Below, in pieces: positions 9,002 to 17,511 of a stretch of 64,000 bases of DNA. A model generated the notes under the pieces. The model was not told the origin of the DNA and did not search any database. It worked only from the letters and a program-made list of their open reading frames with translations. Location of the stretch: positions 19,577 through 83,576 of the IMG/VR virus record IMGVR_UViG_3300017917_004642; one strand, 5' to 3'. The position numbers and the translations under genes are program-made. This DNA comes from a virus. The first letter of the stretch is position 1. Each line of letters opens with the position of its first letter.

Positions 9002-9694
9002 ATGATTAAAAAATTTGGCGAATTCGTAAAGAAGCCTGTTAATGAAGCGGATCTTTTTTCGTGGGATACTGTAACATCTCTATTTGGTAAGGGATTGGAT
9101 GCCGTGTCCGATGTGGTTAAATCGAAAGTAGTATCTACTCTATTATCTAAATTAGGAATTAAAGAAGGTACTATTTTTAGTAAGCTAGTTGAAAATTTCG
9201 TAGAGACAATTCCAGTTGGAGATTATTACTCTTTAATGTTTAAAGGTAAGGCAAGTGCTCCTTACTTAGCTCCAAAGGCTGCTCAGGCAACGATTGAATT
9301 CCTTATGGAAAAAGGAGTTGATGGTGTAGCAGAAAGTCTTGGTATAGAAAAAGATGGACTTATCTACAGAACAGTCTCTGAAATGATAACTAACGAAACA
9401 TCTAGAGAAAATTTCAAAAAGACTTTAGAAAAATTCTACTTGGAAATATTTGGAGGCATAGAGCCTACGTCAGTAGAACAATTCAAAAAAGATCTAAGCT
9501 CTGATGAAAAAACACAGATTATGTCAAGCTTAGAGAAAACTGCAAAATCACAGGGTACTGATCTAAAAGACCAGGATGCAAAACAGGGTATGTTTGATTC
9601 GTTCTTTGGTAATCTTGCAACCGCATCTAATGCAAATATGGCCCAATCATCAACAACCTCAGGTGATTTTTTCAAAAATTTAACCGGAAAATAA
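9002..9694 (+). CDS. Hypothetical helical protein, putative head-internal protein
   Basis: MIKKFGEFVKKPVNEA resembles the T4 internal-protein capsid-targeting sequence MKTYQEFIAE. Confidence 0.55.
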   Translation: MIKKFGEFVKKPVNEADLFSWDTVTSLFGKGLDAVSDVVKSKVVSTLLSKLGIKEGTIFSKLVENFVETIPVGDYYSLMFKGKASAPYLAPKAAQATIEFLMEKGVDGVAESLGIEKDGLIYRTVSEMITNETSRENFKKTLEKFYLEIFGGIEPTSVEQFKKDLSSDEKTQIMSSLEKTAKSQGTDLKDQDAKQGMFDSFFGNLATASNANMAQSSTTSGDFFKNLTGK

Positions 9695-9704
9695 AACAAC
9701 AAGC

Positions 9705-10058
9705 ATGAATATAAATGATGTTTCAAAAAGAGAAATCCTAGACTTTAAGCAGTTTCTCGGTAAAGTTATGGACAATACATACAAACCTCTTTCTCCAGAG
9801 AATCAAAAAGATAGTTCGGATAGAACTGGTTTACATGTAATTAAACGCGAACCAGCTTACGATTGGGTAGGATATGCAAATGCAGTATTTAGTCCAGATC
9901 AGGCAGGTATAGAAGTTCCAGGTTACAATGCTACAGACAACAGACAATATGTCAACGCTATCGGTGGTGTTGGTATCGTTCAAAAGATTGCAAATGCTAT
10001 CAAAGCAAACGAATCTGAAGAAATTGATTCAACTCTTAAAAGATTGAAAGATTTCTAA
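9705..10058 (+). CDS. Hypothetical protein
   Basis: 117 aa; ILDFKQFL near N-terminus, ANES and LKRLKDF at C-terminus. Confidence 0.55.
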   Translation: MNINDVSKREILDFKQFLGKVMDNTYKPLSPENQKDSSDRTGLHVIKREPAYDWVGYANAVFSPDQAGIEVPGYNATDNRQYVNAIGGVGIVQKIANAIKANESEEIDSTLKRLKDF

Positions 10059-10075
10059 TCACAAATTGATTTTTT

Positions 10076-10108
10076 AAAAAGGACAGGTTTTGGAACTTGT
10101 CCTTTTTT
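10076..10108 (+). terminator. Rho-independent terminator
   Basis: AAAAAGGACAGGTT-TTGG-AACTTGTCCTTTTTT hairpin (one G-U pair) plus U-run. Confidence 0.8.
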
Positions 10109-10125
10109 GTTTTCTATGACTCTGC

Positions 10126-10797
10126 ATGCATAGGATTAAACTCGTTCACATTTTAACCGAAATTGATGCACAAAGAGAAATTGCTTCTGTTGAATCCGTC
10201 TCTGGAGTTTCTGAATATGGTGTGGATTACATTAAACAAGTCAACACCAGGTACAAAGGTGACGGATGGAAAAATACTCCTGCAATAAGTCAAAGCCAAT
10301 TCACTAACCACGGACCGGGTCATTTCGGTGCTTTTCAATCTTTCAAGAAAGCAATCATAGATAATTTCACACCCGATGTAGATGCTCTAGTTTTATGTGA
10401 GTGCGATTGCATCATAGAAACATCGCTTGATTTCTTTGTAAAAAAACTTAGTGATGGTATCGATTTTTGCAACCGCTATCAAATAGAATATCTTTCCTTG
10501 GGATCAAGGTTTGTAAATGGTTTTTTGCAATCCCCAGTCATTGAAGAGATAGAAAGTTATCCTGATTTTTATGTCACAAATAAAATCATACTTGCCCACT
10601 GTCTTGTTCTACCACAGAGGTCAAGGCAGTTTTTACTGGAAGCTCTAAACAAATATTCCTGGGATAGCCCGGACATCTGGTTCAATGAGGTTTATTGGAG
10701 GGAAGGAAGATCCAAATTTGGTATCATCAAAGAAAGATTAGCTAGGCAACACGAGGGTTTGTCTTTAATAGATAATGTGTGGAAAGAATCTCAGTGA
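10126..10797 (+). CDS. Glycosyltransferase, GT25/GT-A-like
   Basis: GHFGAFQSF, ALVLCECDC (at the EDD/DxD position), YLSLG, LAHCLVL, SPDIWF and LARQHEGLSLID follow the GT25 motif order. Confidence 0.62.
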   Translation: MHRIKLVHILTEIDAQREIASVESVSGVSEYGVDYIKQVNTRYKGDGWKNTPAISQSQFTNHGPGHFGAFQSFKKAIIDNFTPDVDALVLCECDCIIETSLDFFVKKLSDGIDFCNRYQIEYLSLGSRFVNGFLQSPVIEEIESYPDFYVTNKIILAHCLVLPQRSRQFLLEALNKYSWDSPDIWFNEVYWREGRSKFGIIKERLARQHEGLSLIDNVWKESQ

Positions 10798-11519
10798 AAA
10801 TTATCGTTCTGAGTTTCCTGTTTTTCCATTTCTCTTATAAAAAGCTCTTTTGCAATTTTTAGAATAACCGAATCCTTATTGAAATCCTCTTCGATTTCCA
10901 TAATTATTGTTCTTGGACATTCTTTCAATTCCAGGTTTAAATTCTGAACAATCTCGTGAATAAGGAATTCATAAGAAAGAGAGTAATAACTATTCAATAG
11001 ATTTACTTTCTTCATAAGAACACCATTTCCGTTTGCTGCAGAATTCCCAGTGTACCACCAATAGGGAATTACCTCGTCAGTAGCCATATTTCTTAAAAGT
11101 AGTATACCTATGTTCTTCTCTGAACTTGTAGTTGGTATTTCGAAAGAATTAATTCTTTGCTCTATTTTCTTCCAAATGGAAGCACCAAGATCAGCATATC
11201 TGTAAAGACTTGCTAGAGATATCTCTACGATTTCCTTTAACTCCTCATTTTCTTCCTCCGAGAAAAGAGACGATTCGTAAAACTCGATAACACTTTTCTC
11301 ACCCTTTGTCAGATTTTGGTTTATGAATTCCGATTTTTCTAGAAGACCTTTTGCTAATGCTAATTCTCTAATCATCGAAAAGATCTTTTTAACCGGCGTG
11401 TAAATGTCATCTCTTTGAATGTCTTCATTCACGCTTTGCAAAAAATCTAAAAGGACGTACTGCTTGTGCTCCGAATCTATTGGATGGTGGAGAAACCATG
11501 TTGTTTTAATCTCTTTCAT
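10791..11519 (-). CDS. Hypothetical protein resembling a conserved Bacteroidota family
   Basis: 242 aa; TWF...IDSEHKQYVLLDFLQSVN...IY.P recalls a Bacteroidota hypothetical family (WF...IDFE.KKY.LLAYLQ.V...LYP); from memory, unverified. Confidence 0.55.
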   Translation of the reverse strand: MKEIKTTWFLHHPIDSEHKQYVLLDFLQSVNEDIQRDDIYTPVKKIFSMIRELALAKGLLEKSEFINQNLTKGEKSVIEFYESSLFSEEENEELKEIVEISLASLYRYADLGASIWKKIEQRINSFEIPTTSSEKNIGILLLRNMATDEVIPYWWYTGNSAANGNGVLMKKVNLLNSYYSLSYEFLIHEIVQNLNLELKECPRTIIMEIEEDFNKDSVILKIAKELFIREMEKQETQNDNFH

Positions 11520-11541
11520 GGCTAGTAAATTTTGTTCACAC

Positions 11542-11549
11542 TATATATG
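11542..11549 (-). promoter_or_regulatory. Late-promoter-like CATATATA on minus strand
   Basis: One mismatch to the recurrent octamer, 22 nt upstream of the minus-strand ATG at 11519. Confidence 0.4.
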
Positions 11550-11599
11550 ACACAATAAAAAAAAGACTTGAGAGATTTTAATATCCATTTTCAATTTTC

Positions 11600-11607
11600 G
11601 ATATATA
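11600..11607 (+). promoter_or_regulatory. Putative late promoter GATATATA
   Basis: Recurrent octamer 29 nt upstream of ATG 11637. Confidence 0.6.
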
Positions 11608-11636
11608 ATACATAAAAAAGTGTCCCAACTACAACT

Positions 11637-12071
11637 ATGCCAAGAATACAAGATTATGTAGATTTCAGTGTACAGAAAAAGAAATTGGTTTCTTCTGAAT
11701 ACTCTTTTTCAGCTGAAATTGATTATTTGGACATTAATGTTATAAATAGACCACCAGAACTTTCAGATATTGATGACATAAAATGCGAGATTGAATATGA
11801 TGCTTCAATAGTCAGAAAAAAAACTGGAATCGAGGATATTAATTTCAAGGTTAAGCTTATTGAACTTGAAATGAAGGTTGATGACTACCCAAACGACCCA
11901 AAAGAGTTTGAGTTTGATATATTTCCTGGTGGAAATATTAACGAAAATAGCGTGGTGATCAAGAGAAGAGAAAAGCTAGTTCCTTCCTCACCGACAATGC
12001 TTAACATAGATATGAGAAAATCTATGAATGTTTCCGATTTTAAAATCGATGTATATTTTGGAAATGATTGA
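11637..12071 (+). CDS. Hypothetical acidic beta-rich protein
   Basis: 144-aa ORF after the promoter motif. Confidence 0.6.
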   Translation: MPRIQDYVDFSVQKKKLVSSEYSFSAEIDYLDINVINRPPELSDIDDIKCEIEYDASIVRKKTGIEDINFKVKLIELEMKVDDYPNDPKEFEFDIFPGGNINENSVVIKRREKLVPSSPTMLNIDMRKSMNVSDFKIDVYFGND

Positions 12072-12984
12072 TAGATCCATAATTTTAAATTTCTCCGACT
12101 TTAATCTTTTGAACGAGTCATATTCAGCCGGGAAAAAAAATTTAGGTATTATCGGACCTCTTGCAAACTGGTCCATGAAGATCCAAGCTTATCCCGAGCC
12201 AAATAATGGAATGATTGGGTATGCATTAGATGAAGATGCAATCGAGTTATTCCACGGCAACCATAAATTGAAAATTCCGTCTAAATACTGTAACTTCGAA
12301 AAGAAGCCAGAATATCTAGTAGTTGAAATTAAGCCACATACAAAGTGGATCGATTCAGCAAACTCTAGAGAAGATCTAGAGAATTTCATAGAGGAATATG
12401 TAAATTTAAAAACAAAGCAAAATCTAGATCCAGCTCAATCCGTTAGCGATGATATAGAAATGATCATAGATCTTTTAGGTCTTGATGCAAAGGTTAAAAG
12501 TTGCAATCGCTCCAGGGATAATTTCTTCGAAGCTGACCTGGATAATGGAATGCAAATTGAATTAAAGAAAGGTCAAAACGAAGACCTGTTCAAGAATTTC
12601 AAAATCTATCGTGACAGCACTTCTAGATTTCCTGATGTGAAAATAAAAAGATCTGGTGTTGGCAAGGTTGGTGAATTTAGAACTAAAATGGGAGAATTCA
12701 CTGAATCTGGTGATTCGATAAGTGATCTCTTCAAACAGCCCTGCACCAAATATCTAATACAGAATTCACTGGGATCTGCAGACGAAGAAACAAAAAACGA
12801 CCTTCTTTCCCATTATAAGAACCTTCTTAAGCATCATGAATTTTACAAAGAAGATTCGTCACACAACTTAGTAAAACATGAAATGGAGAAACAAGAGATC
12901 TCCCGTGTAAAAAGGATATTATCCAATAGCCTATCCGAAGAAGATTTAGAAAAGATCTATAACGAATTTAGATGTTCTAAATAA
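12064..12984 (+). CDS. Hypothetical protein, putative head-internal
   Basis: Start moved to ATG 12064 (306 aa); ILNFSDFNLLNES motif. Confidence 0.55.
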   Translation: MIDRSIILNFSDFNLLNESYSAGKKNLGIIGPLANWSMKIQAYPEPNNGMIGYALDEDAIELFHGNHKLKIPSKYCNFEKKPEYLVVEIKPHTKWIDSANSREDLENFIEEYVNLKTKQNLDPAQSVSDDIEMIIDLLGLDAKVKSCNRSRDNFFEADLDNGMQIELKKGQNEDLFKNFKIYRDSTSRFPDVKIKRSGVGKVGEFRTKMGEFTESGDSISDLFKQPCTKYLIQNSLGSADEETKNDLLSHYKNLLKHHEFYKEDSSHNLVKHEMEKQEISRVKRILSNSLSEEDLEKIYNEFRCSK

Positions 12985-13082
12985 ATCGGAACTTTCCACT
13001 TTTTGTACGTATAATCTCCAAACGTGGTTTATCGTGCCAAATCTATACCTAATTAAAGTTTTATTAAAATTTACTAACTAGT

Positions 13083-13724
13083 ATGGAATGGCTAAAGAAA
13101 TTATTCACAAAAGAAAAAAGAATGAGCTTAAAGGACAAAAGTTATGATGAGTTAGTTGAATTTCTGCATAATAAAGATTTTCAATGGCTAAAAGGTGATC
13201 AAATGGGAAATATCGAAAAGTACAAAGGTGTTGAAGTTGACACTAGTACTGGTATGACCTTCGTAAGCTTTAAGTCTGGTGGAAGAATGAACGTTGAACT
13301 CATTAATGAGTACTTGGATCTTTTTCCTTCCAATGGAAATGACTTTGGATTACAAAACGATGTTCCACCTGTTAATAAGCAAGCTCCTAAAGTAGCTGAG
13401 AAAGATATTCCTGTTACTGCTCAACGCAAAAACACTGTATCTGTAGTGGAGCTTGAAGATTCACCGATATATACATTGCTTAAAAAGCAAAAACCTAACT
13501 GGGTGAGTGTAAACATTTCTTTGAAATTAAATTTACCCACGAAAAATCTTTACGGTATCCTTACCTCTTCGTTTGATGAAGCAGAAACTGAGGTGATTAA
13601 TTACGTCACCGAGGGTATTGATATCGAGGATATAAGGGCTGCTTTAAGCGAATCTATCTTATCTTATTACGATAAGAAAAAAACTAATATGTTGCAAAAT
13701 CAAATTGAAGGTAATGGAGAATAA
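13083..13724 (+). CDS. Hypothetical protein
   Basis: 213-aa ORF, two domains separated by a P/K/V linker. Confidence 0.6.
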   Translation: MEWLKKLFTKEKRMSLKDKSYDELVEFLHNKDFQWLKGDQMGNIEKYKGVEVDTSTGMTFVSFKSGGRMNVELINEYLDLFPSNGNDFGLQNDVPPVNKQAPKVAEKDIPVTAQRKNTVSVVELEDSPIYTLLKKQKPNWVSVNISLKLNLPTKNLYGILTSSFDEAETEVINYVTEGIDIEDIRAALSESILSYYDKKKTNMLQNQIEGNGE

Positions 13725-14295
13725 AACATTTTTCGAAAACGATTCATTTAAACTTGTTGAAAGGAACGGAATGGTTGGAATTATTCCACTTTTTACAAAT
13801 GTCGTTGTAATGCCTTTTATTTCTGACGAGCAAGGCTTACCTCTTTCTATTGGTGTGCTAAAAGAACCAAACCCCTTTAGAGACGGCGGAATGTCAGTTT
13901 GTTTGATAACAGGAACTTCTGATGAGGATGATCCAGATCTTTTGTCGACCGCCAAAAGAGAATTAAAGGAAGAGAGCGGATTTGATGTACCAGATAATTC
14001 TAGATGGTATTTCCTTGGGTCTGTTACATCTTCTAAATTCGTAGATCATGAGCAGCCATGTTTTGCAGTAGATGTTACTGGTATAGAAAAAGGTGAACCA
14101 CAGCCTGATGACAACGAAAAGGAGCAAAATATGGAATTTAAATTCATCTCTGCAAATGACGTTGTTAAGGCTAAGGATGTTTTCATCCCTGGGCTATTCC
14201 TAAAACTTTTCAAATACGTTTTGGGAATTGATATCCAGGGTCAAGAACAAGGTTTTAGCTTAGGTAAAGATAAAGGTTTTAATTTTTCAATTTAA
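13714..14295 (+). CDS. Nudix hydrolase (ADP-ribose pyrophosphatase-like)
   Basis: Nudix box GTSDEDDPDLLSTAKRELKEESGF; start at ATG 13714. Confidence 0.85.
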   Translation: MENKTFFENDSFKLVERNGMVGIIPLFTNVVVMPFISDEQGLPLSIGVLKEPNPFRDGGMSVCLITGTSDEDDPDLLSTAKRELKEESGFDVPDNSRWYFLGSVTSSKFVDHEQPCFAVDVTGIEKGEPQPDDNEKEQNMEFKFISANDVVKAKDVFIPGLFLKLFKYVLGIDIQGQEQGFSLGKDKGFNFSI

Positions 14296-14296
14296 T

Positions 14297-14635
14297 ATGA
14301 GTAGTCAATCAAGACGCCAAAGAAGGGCAATAGCAAAACAGCTGGGTTATCTGGGCAAAAAAGAATCTGTTACAGAATTTTTAGAAAGAACTAAGAGATC
14401 CTCAGATTTTGGAAAGCAGCTTCACACGTTACAACTGGAACAGAATATGAACTACCAGTTGGAGAACGAAAGATCGAAAAAGGCGTTACAGGAAATGGAT
14501 CAGATCCAGCAAGCTATCGTTTCAAGTCCAAGTGATGAAATTGAAGCAAAATTGGATAGCGAAGCCTTTACCTTTCTGAAAGAAACATACCAAGAAGGTC
14601 CAGAGCCTAGTGCTTCTGAACTTGATGTTTTATAA
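14297..14635 (+). CDS. Hypothetical protein
   Basis: 112 aa; basic SRRQRR N-terminus, acidic C-terminus. Confidence 0.6.
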   Translation: MSSQSRRQRRAIAKQLGYLGKKESVTEFLERTKRSSDFGKQLHTLQLEQNMNYQLENERSKKALQEMDQIQQAIVSSPSDEIEAKLDSEAFTFLKETYQEGPEPSASELDVL

Positions 14636-14639
14636 AATA

Positions 14640-14975
14640 ATGTCAGATTGTTTGCAAGTAGCTAAGTTCGTTTTAACCAGATGTTCAGTAAAGGAAGCAA
14701 AAAAGAAATTTTGTGCCGGTGCTGATTTTTATGTGGTTGATATAGGAAAGATAATCCGTGAGCTTGGGTACGATACTTCCTATCTAACACAGGAATCCGA
14801 ATTTGTTATAAATTACTCCGTTCAGAAGAAAATTTTACAAGGAATATATAGTACTAGATGTAATGATATCTTAGTTGTGTACAAAAACATCTCAGACGAT
14901 TTTGTCGATAATCTCAAAGAGTTTCTCGATGGAAGATCTGAAGAAGGTTTAGAGTACGTAATAGAGATATTATAA
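14640..14975 (+). CDS. Hypothetical protein
   Basis: ATG 14640 after the upstream stop; 111 aa. Confidence 0.55.
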   Translation: MSDCLQVAKFVLTRCSVKEAKKKFCAGADFYVVDIGKIIRELGYDTSYLTQESEFVINYSVQKKILQGIYSTRCNDILVVYKNISDDFVDNLKEFLDGRSEEGLEYVIEIL

Positions 14976-14990
14976 AAATAAGTACTATAG

Positions 14991-16904
14991 ATGCCAGGAA
15001 GCCAATTCCAAGGAACAAATACACCAACCCCAGGAAATACTTTTTCAGTAGCAGATGGATTATTAAATCCAACTCTAAAAGAGTATTGGTTTGGTTCTAG
15101 GGAAGCTGCCCAGCAAGAGATATCTGCTGATATAACTTCTCGGTGGTCAAACTTAGGTAGTGCAAATCCATTAAAGGGTCCAACTGCAAGATCGTTATTT
15201 TATAATGCTGCAAATCTTTATGGTGACGACGCCAAATATGGACAATTTCTCTTTTATTCTTTTTCTAATAACCAGAATACTTTTAGACAAGAATACTATC
15301 AATCAGAGCAAACTGAATTTAATCCATTTATTTCTTCTGTTGCTTCTAAAAACCCATCTGCCGGTGCTTTAGTCAGGGAAACAAACAACAATCTTACTGC
15401 AACACAAAGTGACCAAATTGGTAACGATGTGAATACTGGAAATAATACCATTGGTAATCCAAGTAAAATTATAGGCGGAGCATCGGCTCCCTATTACTGG
15501 AGAGATTTTTTATATTGCAAGTACTATGGTGCAATTCCAAATAACTACATGATTACTTTAAGAAGATTCCCTGCTCCAATGCGGGACAATCTATCAATCC
15601 CAACACAGTTGTTACAAAGTAATCTTTACAGAAAAAAAGGAGCAGGAAGACCTGTAGCACAGGCAGTTACCTGGTGGGGACCAAATACCGGAAACAGCTT
15701 AAATGATGTAGTTTCATTTACTACCGGATTAAATTGGGATTCCAAAACTCAAGCTGAGATAGCAAATGTCGAAGGATTTGATCAGGGATTCTTTAAAACT
15801 GTTTTAGGTAGGGCTTTTGGAGCGGCAGCAGGAGCAGTTGGTGGAGCTGGTGTTTTAGCAGCAATGGGAGATGCAGCATCTGTAGTAATTGCTTCAACTG
15901 ATAGCGGAAGATCTGAAATTACGATGCCTAAGATCAACCAGGCTTTGCGTGATAAATTCAGCACAAACAACGGTCCATTATCTGATTTCATTTTTAATCC
16001 AGTAGATACAGTCGATTCAACTTATTTCAGAGCAAGAGGGCTTAATTTTCAAGCTGGCCCAATTGATTTAAAATTCCACTATGAACTAACTTCTGTTGGT
16101 GAGGTTAACACCAAAGCTGCAATGGTGGATATTATCGGAAATCTATTAGCACTTGGAACAAACTATGGAAACTTCTTAACCCCAGACGTTAGATACGATA
16201 ATGGGTTTCCTGCTATTGGATTCCCTGGTGGCGATAAAGGTCTATTCAAATTTTATTCTGATCCATTAGGTTGGACAAAAAAAGCAATTCAGTATTTAGC
16301 AGATCCTAACGGTACAACTAATGAAGATCCTGAGTTGGAAGAATTTAGAAGAGCACAGACCGAAATTGACCAGTCTGTTCAACAATTGGAAAGTGTAATT
16401 AGCCAAATTTCATCCGAAGGTGGGGACTTGGACAGTTTAGCAAAACAACTTGACGGACCATTGGGTAATATTCTTGCTTATGCACTTGCTGACGATCTTA
16501 TTGAAAAGGTTGCAGTTCCTTTATCTTTGAAGACCGGAGCTCCTGTTGGAGAATGGCATCTTGTAGTTGGCAATCCGATGAACCCTGTTGCTATGATAGG
16601 AAACCTCATCTGTAAGGGAGTTAAGATTGAATTTGGCGAAGTTTTAGGACCTGACGATTTTCCAACCGAGGTTATTGCAACTTTCACTTTAGAACACGGC
16701 AGAGACAGAGAAAGAGGCGAAATTGAGTCAATGTTCAATCGTGGAGATGGAAGATTATATCAAAGTAATTTACCAACTTATTCGAATACGCAATCCCTTG
16801 CAAACGTTGCACTTACTGACGGTAGCAGTATACCTGTAGATCAGACTGATTCTACACTCTCGAATCCTTATGGGTTCTTCAACGATTTCCAATTTGGTAA
16901 CTAA
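14991..16904 (+). CDS. Baseplate/tail-tube junction protein (gp48/gp54-like)
   Basis: C-terminal WHLVVGNP...GNLICKGVKIEFG...DDFPTEVIATFTLEH tube-initiator-type signature; first gene of the baseplate block. Confidence 0.5.
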   Translation: MPGSQFQGTNTPTPGNTFSVADGLLNPTLKEYWFGSREAAQQEISADITSRWSNLGSANPLKGPTARSLFYNAANLYGDDAKYGQFLFYSFSNNQNTFRQEYYQSEQTEFNPFISSVASKNPSAGALVRETNNNLTATQSDQIGNDVNTGNNTIGNPSKIIGGASAPYYWRDFLYCKYYGAIPNNYMITLRRFPAPMRDNLSIPTQLLQSNLYRKKGAGRPVAQAVTWWGPNTGNSLNDVVSFTTGLNWDSKTQAEIANVEGFDQGFFKTVLGRAFGAAAGAVGGAGVLAAMGDAASVVIASTDSGRSEITMPKINQALRDKFSTNNGPLSDFIFNPVDTVDSTYFRARGLNFQAGPIDLKFHYELTSVGEVNTKAAMVDIIGNLLALGTNYGNFLTPDVRYDNGFPAIGFPGGDKGLFKFYSDPLGWTKKAIQYLADPNGTTNEDPELEEFRRAQTEIDQSVQQLESVISQISSEGGDLDSLAKQLDGPLGNILAYALADDLIEKVAVPLSLKTGAPVGEWHLVVGNPMNPVAMIGNLICKGVKIEFGEVLGPDDFPTEVIATFTLEHGRDRERGEIESMFNRGDGRLYQSNLPTYSNTQSLANVALTDGSSIPVDQTDSTLSNPYGFFNDFQFGN

Positions 16905-16909
16905 TAATC

Positions 16910-17509
16910 ATGCTTAACATAGATACACTTTACAGAAATAAAAGTATATTTAATCCCAATAAGGAGTTACAGAACCAAGGGGTTGGTATATGGGATCTTA
17001 CTGGTGGATCCATGTCATATAGAAACATTAATCTTAAGATAACCGGATATCAGCTGGTTAGAGAAGAGTTTCAAATGAGACCGGACCAGATTGCTTTCCA
17101 AACGTACGGTGATCTTTCCTACACGGGTTCTCTGATGAAGATTAATGGTATATCAAACCCATTTGCAGTCAAAGAAGGAAATCTTTTTGTGATACCTACA
17201 CAAGAAAGAATTGATGCTGCATTCGATCTTAAGCAAGCAACTATTTTGCAGTCTAATACTACTAGTAACCCAAACCAGCAATTTAGGAATATTCAAGAGC
17301 AAAAGAAATTTAAGATCAGTAATTCTAGACAAAAGTTTCTTGAACTCAGAGGTAAAGCTAAAAATCCAGTTGCACAAATTATACCTTCCAACTTAACACA
17401 AGCAGGGGAAAGACAAACTGTTAGAACTAATGTTGTAATTGGACTTGCACCTGATGTAAGCAATGCAGCACCAAATCCAGCAGGAAATCTTAATTCCAAT
17501 CCGACATAA
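16910..17509 (+). CDS. Baseplate wedge protein, gp53/LysM-like
   Basis: RPDQIAFQTYGD...LMKINGISNPFAVKEGNLFVIP LysM-type motif. Confidence 0.75.
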   Translation: MLNIDTLYRNKSIFNPNKELQNQGVGIWDLTGGSMSYRNINLKITGYQLVREEFQMRPDQIAFQTYGDLSYTGSLMKINGISNPFAVKEGNLFVIPTQERIDAAFDLKQATILQSNTTSNPNQQFRNIQEQKKFKISNSRQKFLELRGKAKNPVAQIIPSNLTQAGERQTVRTNVVIGLAPDVSNAAPNPAGNLNSNPT

Positions 17510-17511
17510 TT

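Noticed and set aside
10092-10098. GGAACTT ECF-type -35 element before the GT gene
   Set aside because: It is explained as the loop and 3' arm of the terminator hairpin.
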